This document shows positions 40,644 to 48,353 of a stretch of DNA of 64,000 nucleotides, in pieces. The notes beneath the pieces were generated by a model, which worked only from the letters and a program-made list of their open reading frames with translations, had not been told where the DNA came from and did not search any database. The position numbers and the translations under genes are program-made. Positions within the stretch are counted from its first letter, which is position 1, and every line of letters begins with the position of its first letter. The stretch covers positions 274 to 64,273 of the forward strand of contig JADBKN010000001.1 of the NCBI GenBank assembly GCA_014896375.1, read 5' to 3'. Origin of the DNA: Bacillota bacterium (GTDB lineage Bacteria; Bacillota; Sulfobacillia; RBS10-35; Bu92).

Positions 40644-42458
40644 TTGCCAGAGATCCTCACGACCGCCCGCGCGGAACGTCACGACGGCTGGATTGTGCGC
40701 CACCCCGGCAACGAGGAACTCTTCAGAGCCGTCGCCTGGTCGCTCGCCGGCCTGCGGCGCGGCTGGCCCGTGCACCTGCACGCCGAGGGCCTGCGCGGCA
40801 CGGGCAAGACGACCATCCTGCGCGCGGCGCGGGCGCTCCTGCCCACCATCCGCCGCGTCCGCGGCTGCCTTTACAACTGTGACCCGGACGCGCCCCACTG
40901 CCCGGACCATCGCGGCCTTTCGCGGGAGGAGCTGGCGGCGCTGGGCGAGGAGCGTGTGCCGGCGCCGTTTCTCGAGATCTCGCCCTCGGCCAAGATCGGC
41001 ACCGTGGTGGGCAGCATCGACCTCGCCCGCGTGCTCGACCGCTCCCGCCCCGAGGCGCACCTCCTGCCGGGCACGCTCGCGCAGGCGCACCGCGGCGTCG
41101 TCTTCATCGACGAGATCAACCGCCTGGCGGATGTGGCGCCGGAGCTCGCCGACGCCCTCCTCGATGTCATGGGCACGAAGCCCGGCCGGCTGCAGATCGA
41201 GGAGACGGGCCTGCCGAAGGTGGTGCTGCCGGTGAGCGTCACCGTGTGGGCGGCCTCGAACCCGGACGAGGATCCGGGGCCGCTCGCCGACGTGCGCCGC
41301 CAGCTGGCCGACCGCTTCGACCTGGTTGTGGCGATGAGCCGGCCGGCGACCGTCGAGGCCGTCAAGCGCATCCTGCAGGTGCGGGCGCCGACGGGCAGCT
41401 GGGGAGTGGGGGGCGCGGGCGAGCCCGCCAGGGAGGGCGCCGCCGCCGGCGGCGGCGCCCCGCTTGAGCCCCCGGGCACGCCGGCGCCCGCCGCTCATCC
41501 CGAGAGTGCGGCGGGCGTGGCCGCCGGCACCTCCCCCTGGCGCGAGGCGGAGGCGGACACCGGCGCGGCCTGGCCGGATGTGGATGAGATCCTGCGCGAT
41601 TTCCTCGCGAGCACGTACATCCGCTTTCAGCTGGAAAGCTTGCGCGCTGTGGAGGCGTGGCAGGCCGTCGCGCGCCTCGCGGCGGCATGCCGGCGCAGTT
41701 CGCGCGTGAGCGCCGAGGACCTCCTGCGCACGGCGGCTCCGGTGCTGCGTCACCGCGTCGATCCGCAAACGCTGGGTGAGATCCTCGCCTACGCGCGGGA
41801 CCAGCTGGCCGGCGACCATGCGCCCGGACGGGTGGCCTTCGGGGCCGAGCTCACTCCGGCCGGGATGGCCGCGGCGGCGGAGGCGGCGGAGGCAGCCGCG
41901 CGCCGGGAGACGGGTGCGCCGGGCGCCCGCGCGGCGGCCGCGGGGATGGGGCCGCTCGGCGAGCCCGCCGGCGGTGCGCCGGCTGCCTCCGGAGAAGTCG
42001 ATGGGGTGGGGCGGGACGCCTCCGCGGGCGTGGGCGCGGGCGCGGCCAGCCAGGCGCGCCACAACCCGGGCTGCGGCACGAGCCCGCACGCCGCCGGCAG
42101 CCCCGGCAGCCGACCGGCGGGCGGCGCCCACGGGCGGACAGCCCGCGCGCCCGCGCCGGACGACGGCCAGGGCGTGCGCTGGTCGCGCCTCTTTGAAGGC
42201 ATCCGCCAGGCCTGGCAGGGCCGCCGCACGGCCGGTCCCGAGGGCGCGGCCGCGAGCGGCGGCGGGTCCGCGGGCGAAGCCGGCGCCCCCGGCCCCGCCG
42301 GCGGCGGCGTCACCGGCGGCGCTTCCGGCGGCGCGCGTGCGCGCGGCGGCGTCGCCGATCCGCGCGACGTGGAGGCCGTCGCCCCCTCGCGGCCCGCCCG
42401 TCCGCTCGTCGACTGGCCGGGCGGCTCCATTTGGAGACCGGAAGCGCGTGACGACTGA
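40644..42458 (+). CDS. ChlI/BchI-type AAA+ ATPase (Mg-chelatase subunit I-like) with a ~250 aa disordered Gly/Ala/Pro-rich C-terminal tail
   Basis: Walker A GLRGTGKTT, Walker B VVFIDEINRL, ChlI-specific Cys-rich insert CLYNCDPDAPHCPDH, sensor and Arg-finger region ASNPDEDPGPLADVRRQLADRFDL, C-terminal helical lid (VLRHRVDP). TTG start at 40644 after GGAGGG. Confidence 0.8.
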   Translation: MPEILTTARAERHDGWIVRHPGNEELFRAVAWSLAGLRRGWPVHLHAEGLRGTGKTTILRAARALLPTIRRVRGCLYNCDPDAPHCPDHRGLSREELAALGEERVPAPFLEISPSAKIGTVVGSIDLARVLDRSRPEAHLLPGTLAQAHRGVVFIDEINRLADVAPELADALLDVMGTKPGRLQIEETGLPKVVLPVSVTVWAASNPDEDPGPLADVRRQLADRFDLVVAMSRPATVEAVKRILQVRAPTGSWGVGGAGEPAREGAAAGGGAPLEPPGTPAPAAHPESAAGVAAGTSPWREAEADTGAAWPDVDEILRDFLASTYIRFQLESLRAVEAWQAVARLAAACRRSSRVSAEDLLRTAAPVLRHRVDPQTLGEILAYARDQLAGDHAPGRVAFGAELTPAGMAAAAEAAEAAARRETGAPGARAAAAGMGPLGEPAGGAPAASGEVDGVGRDASAGVGAGAASQARHNPGCGTSPHAAGSPGSRPAGGAHGRTARAPAPDDGQGVRWSRLFEGIRQAWQGRRTAGPEGAAASGGGSAGEAGAPGPAGGGVTGGASGGARARGGVADPRDVEAVAPSRPARPLVDWPGGSIWRPEARDD

Positions 42459-44208
42459 CCTCTTCGGCGCCGAGGCCGTCGAAGCCCTGCGCCTGCGCCG
42501 CCGCCTGCCGGGCTTCGACGCCGACGTGCGCGAGCTCGCGCGCACGCTGGCCGCCGGCCGCGGCGGACGCCTCGGCGAGAGCGCCGTCGTGAGCCCCTGT
42601 GTGCATCTCCTCGACGCGCGCCGGCCGGACGAGGTGACGGTCGTCCAGAACCGCGACGCCGGCCAGGTCTTCTACGGCCGCCAGCGCCCGCGGGAAGTCG
42701 TGCACATCGACATCTTCCACGAGGTGGGCGAAGTCGACCACCGCCGGGCGGCCGCCTGCCTGCGGGCGGCCGACCGCGCCTGGCGCCTCGACCACGGCGA
42801 GGCGGCACCGGATCTCCTCGACTTCGTGGACATCCAGACGGGCACGGGCGGCGGGCGCGTGACCGGGTCGCTCACCCACGGCCGGCGGTCCACGGTGCGC
42901 CTGGCCCACCTCAACCACGTCCACCTGGCGGCGCTGCTCCCCGGGGAGGCGCGCTCGCTCGTGCCCTACCTTGTGGCGGCCGTGGAGCGCGCGATCGCCG
43001 CCCAGGGCCTAGAGGTGCGCGCCGTCGCACGCGTGCGGCACCGCCTCGCACCCGAGGGCGCGGCCGGCCAAGACGACCTCGCCCCCTACGCCGACGTCAC
43101 CGACACCCTGCTTCGCCAGGGGGTGCAGCGGCGCGGAGCCCCGTGGGAGGAGGAGCTCTTCTCCATGGCGGTGGGCGCGGCGCGCGCGGCCGGCGGCGCT
43201 CAGGCGGCCGCCGCGGCCTTCGACCGCCTGGCGCAGGGGCCGCGCCTTTTGGAGCTGGTCCACGGGCGGCCTTGGGACGCCGTGGCCGCACCCGGCTTCG
43301 ACCGCGCCATGCTCGACCGCTGGATGCAGGAGGGGTGGGTGGCGCGCCGCGGCGACCGGCTGGAGCTCACCGAGGAGGGGCGCGCGCTGCGCCGCTTCCT
43401 CCAGCTGCACCTGAGCGAGGTCGACGCAGCCTTGCGCGCGGCCGCGCGGCGCATCCAGGGCGCGCGCAAGGTGGGCCGGCGCGCGTGGGAGCGGGCCGGC
43501 CGCGGCCCCCGTGCGCGCGTGGAGCGGCTGCTCGCCGCCGAACCCTGGAGTGAGCTGGCAGTGGCGGAGACGGTGGCGGCGGCCGCGCGCCGCGCGCCGG
43601 GCGCGCCGCGCGTGGAGGCGGGCGACCTTCACGTGCGCCGCCGCGAGCAGCTGCGCCCCTTAGACCTGGTCCTCCTCATCGATGCGAGCGCGTCCATGGC
43701 GGGCGCGCGCATCCGCGCGGCCCAGGATCTGGTGCGCCACCTCCTCGCCACGAGCCGCGACCGCGTTGCCGTGATCAGCTTCCAGGACCGCGAGGCGCAG
43801 CTGCAGGTGCCGCTGACGCGCAATTACGCCTCGGTGGAGCGCGGGCTGCGTGCCGTGCGCCCGAGCGGCCTCACGCCGCTCGCCACGGCGCTGGAGACGG
43901 CGCGCGCCTACCTCGCCGCCGCGCGGCCGCGCCGCCCGCTCCTCCTCCTCATCACGGACGGCATCCCCACCGTCTCGCGCTCCCCCCTCGGACCCCTGGA
44001 AGATGCGCTGCAGGCGGCCGACGAGGTCGCGCGCGCGCGCCTGCCCTTCAGCTGCGTGGGGCTGGAGCCGAACCGCGGCTACCTGGCGGAGCTGGCGCGG
44101 CGCGCGGGCGGGACGCTGTACGTCGTCGAGGAGCTGCATGAAGCCACGCTGATCGAGATCGCGCAACGGGAGCAGCGCCGCCACCGGCCGCGGAGCCGCA
44201 CGGTGTGA
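42448..44208 (+). CDS. VWA-domain protein (ChlD-like C-terminus) with a novel N-terminal region and a central winged-helix-like segment
   Basis: The C-terminal VWA has a MIDAS motif (DLVLLIDASASMAG, TPLATAL, LLLLITDG). The middle wHTH-like segment is DRLELTEEGRALRRFLQ. GTG start overlaps the ChlI-like stop (GTGA). Confidence 0.75.
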   Translation: MTTDLFGAEAVEALRLRRRLPGFDADVRELARTLAAGRGGRLGESAVVSPCVHLLDARRPDEVTVVQNRDAGQVFYGRQRPREVVHIDIFHEVGEVDHRRAAACLRAADRAWRLDHGEAAPDLLDFVDIQTGTGGGRVTGSLTHGRRSTVRLAHLNHVHLAALLPGEARSLVPYLVAAVERAIAAQGLEVRAVARVRHRLAPEGAAGQDDLAPYADVTDTLLRQGVQRRGAPWEEELFSMAVGAARAAGGAQAAAAAFDRLAQGPRLLELVHGRPWDAVAAPGFDRAMLDRWMQEGWVARRGDRLELTEEGRALRRFLQLHLSEVDAALRAAARRIQGARKVGRRAWERAGRGPRARVERLLAAEPWSELAVAETVAAAARRAPGAPRVEAGDLHVRRREQLRPLDLVLLIDASASMAGARIRAAQDLVRHLLATSRDRVAVISFQDREAQLQVPLTRNYASVERGLRAVRPSGLTPLATALETARAYLAAARPRRPLLLLITDGIPTVSRSPLGPLEDALQAADEVARARLPFSCVGLEPNRGYLAELARRAGGTLYVVEELHEATLIEIAQREQRRHRPRSRTV

Positions 44209-44317
44209 GCGCCGGCCGCGGGGGCGCCCGCGGCCCCGCCTTCCGGCTCCCCCCGTCCCGCACCCCGCGACAGGATCCGGGGCGCCGCCCGCGAAGTGTC
44301 GAAGCGGGGGTGCGGCC

Positions 44318-44695
44318 TTGACCTGGTACCTCGTCGTGTTCCTGCTCTTCGCCCTGGGTGTGGCCGTCTTCGCGGCCCAGAACGGCCAGACGGTCGATGT
44401 GCGGCTTCTCATGTGGAGGATGAACACCACGCTCGCGGTGGTGGTGCTGGGCGCGGCCTTCGCAGGGGCGGTGATCACCGCGTCCATCGGCGCCGTGGCC
44501 CAGTTGCGCCTGAGGTGGCGGCTTTTGCGCGCGGAGAACGAGCTGCGCACGCTGCGCCAGGCGGTGGCCCACGCGGGCGTGCCGGGGGCCACCTCTCCGG
44601 AGGAGGCGGCCGGCGGCCGAACCCTCCGGACCGAGGTGCCGCCCCCGCCGGCGGGCGAGGAACCGCCCTTGGGAACGGGGTCGCCGGAGCGTTGA
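44318..44695 (+). CDS. LapA-domain (DUF1049) small membrane protein
   Basis: YLVVFLLFALGVAVFAAQNGQTVDVRL.....LAVVVLGAAFAG is typical of LapA_dom. TTG start. Its stop overlaps the recJ TTG start. Confidence 0.5.
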   Translation: MTWYLVVFLLFALGVAVFAAQNGQTVDVRLLMWRMNTTLAVVVLGAAFAGAVITASIGAVAQLRLRWRLLRAENELRTLRQAVAHAGVPGATSPEEAAGGRTLRTEVPPPPAGEEPPLGTGSPER

Positions 44696-46986
44696 GCGGC
44701 GCGGTGGAGAGCGGCCTCTCGCTGGCGGGCCGGCGCTGGACGATCGCGCCGGCCGATCCGGCCGCCGCCGCGGCCATCGTGCGGGAGCTGGGGCTGCCGC
44801 GGCCGCTGGCGCAATGCCTGGCCGCGCGCGGTTTCGACGCCGCTTCGGCGGAGCGCTGGCTGGGCTGCGCGGAGGAGGATTTCGTCCACGACCCCGCCCG
44901 CCTTGCCGGGCTCCCGGAGGCGGTTGCGGAGGCGGAGCGCGCGCTCGCCGAGGACCGGCACATCCGCATCTTCGGCGACTACGACGCCGACGGCGTGACG
45001 GCGGCCGCCATCCTCATGGAAAACCTCGCGGCCGTGGGCGCCTCGGTGGACGTGCGCCTGCCCGAGCGCGACCGCGGCTACGGCCTGCAGCCGGCCGACG
45101 TGGACCGGGCCGCCGCCGACGGCGCGGGTCTTCTCATCGCCGTCGACAACGGCGTGCGCGCCTTCGAGGCGGCGGAGCGCGCGGCGGAGCTCGGCCTGCC
45201 GCTCGTCATCCTCGACCACCACCGTCCGGAGGCGGAGCTGCCGCGCGCCGCGGCCGTCGTCAACCCGCACCGCGCGGACGACGGCTACCCGTTCAAGGAG
45301 CTGTGCGGCGCCGGCCTCGCCCTCAAGTTCGCGCAGCTGCTGCAGGGCATGGACGCGGACGCTCCCTGGCGGCGGAGTCTCGATCTCGCCGCCGTGGGCA
45401 CGGTGGGCGACGTGGTACCGCTTGTGGACGAGAACCGCTGGATCGTGCGCGCGGGGCTGCGGCTCCTCGGGGAGTCGCCGCGGCCGGGCCTGGCCGCGCT
45501 GCTGGAGGTGGGCGGCGCCCGCCGGCCGGCCGGCGCTCACGAGCTCGCGTATGTGGTGGCGCCGCGGCTGAACGCCGCCGGCCGCCTGGGAGACCCGGTG
45601 CCCGCGCTGGCCTGCGTACTGGCCGAGGGGCCGCAGGCGCGGGACCTGGCGCTGCAGCTGGACGCGGCCAACCGCCGGCGCCAGGCGCTGGAGCGCGCGG
45701 CGCTGGAGGAGGCGCGCGCGCTCGCGGCCGGGTGGCCGAAAGAGGAGCCGGTCATCGTCCTCGGCTCGCCGTCCTGGCATCCCGGAGTGGTGGGGCTCGT
45801 GGCGGGGCGGCTGGCGCGGGAGCGCCACCGGCCCGTGCTGCTCGCGGCCGTGGAGGGAGAACGCGCGCGCGGCTCCGGCCGCAGCATCCCGGCCTTCGAC
45901 CTGCATGCCGCGCTGGAGGCCTGCCGCCGCCACTTCGAGGCCTTCGGCGGGCACCGCCAGGCGGCCGGCTTCATGCTGCCCGCCGCGGCCCTTGCGGCGC
46001 TGCGCCGCGACGTCAATGAGCACGCGCGCGCGGTGCTGTCCCCGGAGGACCTCGTGCCGGAGCTCGTCGTGGACGCTCGGCTGGAACTGCACGAGGTCGA
46101 CGACGCGCTCTGCGAGGCGCTCTCCCTCCTTGAACCGTTCGGCGCCGGCAACCCGCGGCCGAGGTTTCTCGTGCCGGACGTCTCCCTTGAGGTGCGGACC
46201 GCCGGGCGCGAGGGCGAGCACGCGCTCCTCGCCTGCTACAACGCGCGCGGCGCGCGCCTCGAGGGCGTGGCCTTCGGCTTCGGGCGCGCGCTGGCCAGCG
46301 CGGCCGAGGGCCGGTGGCGCCTCGTGGCGGTGCCGGAGCTCGACGAGTGGAACGGCGCGGCGCGCGTGCGCTTGCGGGTGGAGGACGCGGCCGCGGCGGC
46401 CCCGGCGGACCTGTCCGCGGCCAGGGAGACCGCGGCGGCGCGCGACGAGGCGCCGTCCGCCGCGACGGGCTTCCGGGCCCGCGCTGCGACGGGCTTCCCG
46501 GCCGGCGCTGCGAACGGGATGGCCGGGGCGCGCACCGGCGCCGCGGCGCGCGCCGCGCTCCTCGAGCGGCTGGCGGAGCGCGTGCGCGAGCGCCACCCGG
46601 ACCGTGACCGCCTCGCGCGCCTCTACAGTGCCTGCCGCCGCGCGGCCGCCGGCGGGGTGCCGGCCCTGCCGGCGGATCCCTTCCGCTTGGCCGCACGGCT
46701 GCAGGAGGCCGGCGCGGGCGCCGTCACACCGGAAGAGGCGGACCTGGCGCTGCGCGTCTTCGCCGACCTCGGCCTCGCCGTGCGCCTGCGGAAGGGCGCG
46801 GATGACGTGTGGTGGTGGAGCCCGCCGCCGGAGGGCAAGCTCGACCTGCGGGCCAGCGCCGCCTTCCGCGAAGGCGAGGCCCTGCGGGCGCGGCTCGCGG
46901 CGTTGCACTCGTGGCTGGAGGCGGACGAGGCGGTCTGGCAGGAGGCCGTGGCGCAGCTTGAGGCCGCGCTGGAGGCGGGAGCGTGA
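44692..46986 (+). CDS. recJ: Single-stranded-DNA-specific exonuclease RecJ
   Basis: DHH motifs (IRIFGDYDADGVTAAAIL, LLIAVDNG, VILDHH), DHHA1 domain, C-terminal OB region. TTG start at 44692 (TTGA overlap with the upstream stop). Confidence 0.9.
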   Translation: MSGAVESGLSLAGRRWTIAPADPAAAAAIVRELGLPRPLAQCLAARGFDAASAERWLGCAEEDFVHDPARLAGLPEAVAEAERALAEDRHIRIFGDYDADGVTAAAILMENLAAVGASVDVRLPERDRGYGLQPADVDRAAADGAGLLIAVDNGVRAFEAAERAAELGLPLVILDHHRPEAELPRAAAVVNPHRADDGYPFKELCGAGLALKFAQLLQGMDADAPWRRSLDLAAVGTVGDVVPLVDENRWIVRAGLRLLGESPRPGLAALLEVGGARRPAGAHELAYVVAPRLNAAGRLGDPVPALACVLAEGPQARDLALQLDAANRRRQALERAALEEARALAAGWPKEEPVIVLGSPSWHPGVVGLVAGRLARERHRPVLLAAVEGERARGSGRSIPAFDLHAALEACRRHFEAFGGHRQAAGFMLPAAALAALRRDVNEHARAVLSPEDLVPELVVDARLELHEVDDALCEALSLLEPFGAGNPRPRFLVPDVSLEVRTAGREGEHALLACYNARGARLEGVAFGFGRALASAAEGRWRLVAVPELDEWNGAARVRLRVEDAAAAAPADLSAARETAAARDEAPSAATGFRARAATGFPAGAANGMAGARTGAAARAALLERLAERVRERHPDRDRLARLYSACRRAAAGGVPALPADPFRLAARLQEAGAGAVTPEEADLALRVFADLGLAVRLRKGADDVWWWSPPPEGKLDLRASAAFREGEALRARLAALHSWLEADEAVWQEAVAQLEAALEAGA

Positions 46987-47477
46987 CGAGGATCCGGGAG
47001 ATCAAGCACCGCTTTCAGGGGCCGACGTCGATCTTCGAGGGCACGGTGGTGGAGCGCGCCGAGGGCCGGCTCGTCTACCGCTTCGACATGACGTCGCCGG
47101 CGACGGTCGGCGGCCTGCTGCTGCCCGCAGATGGCCGCACATACGGCTTCTTTTGGGAGGACCGGCCGTACAACGCCTACGTCTGGGTCGACGCCGCGGG
47201 ACAGCCGCTCGCGCTCTACTTCAACGTCAGCGACCGCACACGCATCACACCTTGGGAGGTGGAGTGGCGCGATCTGGTCGTCGACGTGCTCGTGCCCGTT
47301 AAAACGGATGCGGAGGGCGCATGGACCTTTGCAGCGCCGCGTGTCCTGGACCGCGAGGAGTTGCCGCCGCGGCTGGACCCGAAGCTGCGCGAATACATCG
47401 ATCGTGCGGTGGAGGAGATCCTCAACAGTTGGCCCGCCGTGGCGGAGGAGGCGCGCACCTTACTGCGGAGGCTCTGA
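46983..47477 (+). CDS. Hypothetical protein, DUF402-like
   Basis: 164 aa. GTG start overlaps the recJ stop (GTGA). It occupies the position where apt sits in the Bacillus recJ-apt-relA arrangement. Confidence 0.5.
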   Translation: MTRIREIKHRFQGPTSIFEGTVVERAEGRLVYRFDMTSPATVGGLLLPADGRTYGFFWEDRPYNAYVWVDAAGQPLALYFNVSDRTRITPWEVEWRDLVVDVLVPVKTDAEGAWTFAAPRVLDREELPPRLDPKLREYIDRAVEEILNSWPAVAEEARTLLRRL

Positions 47478-48353
47478 CGCGGCCGGCGAGGCCGCGCCTC
47501 CCGTGCCCGCGGCGGCCGCGCCCGCGGCGCGCGGGGCCGTGCTGCCGGTTCCCCCTGCCGCCGCGCGGGCGCGCCGCCGGCGCCAGGCGAAGGCCGCGGC
47601 CGCGAGCGCCAGGGCGGCGGCGGCGAGGCCGGCCGCGGCGGCCGGGTGCGCGCTCCAGAAGGGCGCCGGGCGCGCGCGGATCGTGAGGAGCGAGCCCTGC
47701 GCCACATCGCGGGCGGTGAGCACGACGACGCGCGTGTCGCCCAGCGGCTGCGGCGGCGCCGGGAAGAGGCCGATGCCGTCCAGCCGCGCGCGCCCCTGTG
47801 GCGCCAGCACGGCCAGGGTGAGCACGGGTTGCAGCGCCGGCCGCAGCCAGTCCACCGTGCGCGCGGCCGGCAGCGTCCACGTGAGTGTCACGGCCGCGCG
47901 GCCGCCGGGCGGGAGGTCGAGTGCGACGCGCGCGCCGCGGTTCTCTCCGGGCAGGGCGGCCGCGGCTTCGAGGTCGACGGCCGCCGGGCCGCCCGCCCCG
48001 CCGCCCGATCCGCCACCGGACCCTCCGCCTGCGGTCTCCTCCACGGTGGCGCGCACTTCCTCTGCGGCCGCCGGCACCGGCAGCGTCACGGCCGTCACCC
48101 GTGCCTCGCCGGCGTTCGCGAAGACGGCGCGGTCGTACACCTGCCACCCGCCGCCCGAAGGGAGGAAGACGAGCGTCTCCTCGGCGATGACGAGCCCCGG
48201 CGGCGCGCCCGCGCCTCCGGCGGCGAGGGCCGCGGGCGCGGCCGCGGCGGCCAGCATCGCCGCCAGCGCCGCCAGCGCCAAGGCCGCGCCGCGCCGCACC
48301 GCCGCGCGCCGCCGCGCCCCCCCGGCGCCCCGCGCCGCCCCCGTGCGCCTCAT
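47460..48353 (-). CDS. Hypothetical exported protein with signal peptide, Gly/Ser linker and C-terminal membrane anchor, translationally coupled to ccmF
   Basis: The ATG overlaps the ccmF stop (ATGA on the minus strand). N-terminal signal-like LALAALAAMLAAAAAPAALAAGG. C-terminal TM LAAAALALAAAAFAW followed by an RRRR tail. Confidence 0.5.
   Translation of the reverse strand: MRRTGAARGAGGARRRAAVRRGAALALAALAAMLAAAAAPAALAAGGAGAPPGLVIAEETLVFLPSGGGWQVYDRAVFANAGEARVTAVTLPVPAAAEEVRATVEETAGGGSGGGSGGGAGGPAAVDLEAAAALPGENRGARVALDLPPGGRAAVTLTWTLPAARTVDWLRPALQPVLTLAVLAPQGRARLDGIGLFPAPPQPLGDTRVVVLTARDVAQGSLLTIRARPAPFWSAHPAAAAGLAAAALALAAAAFAWRRRRARAAAGGTGSTAPRAAGAAAAGTGGAASPAASEPPQ

Noticed and set aside
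43660-46908. 1082-aa minus-strand ORF antisense to the VWA, lapA-like and recJ genes
   Set aside because: Shadow ORF spanning three real genes, with low-complexity Arg/Ala/Gly content.
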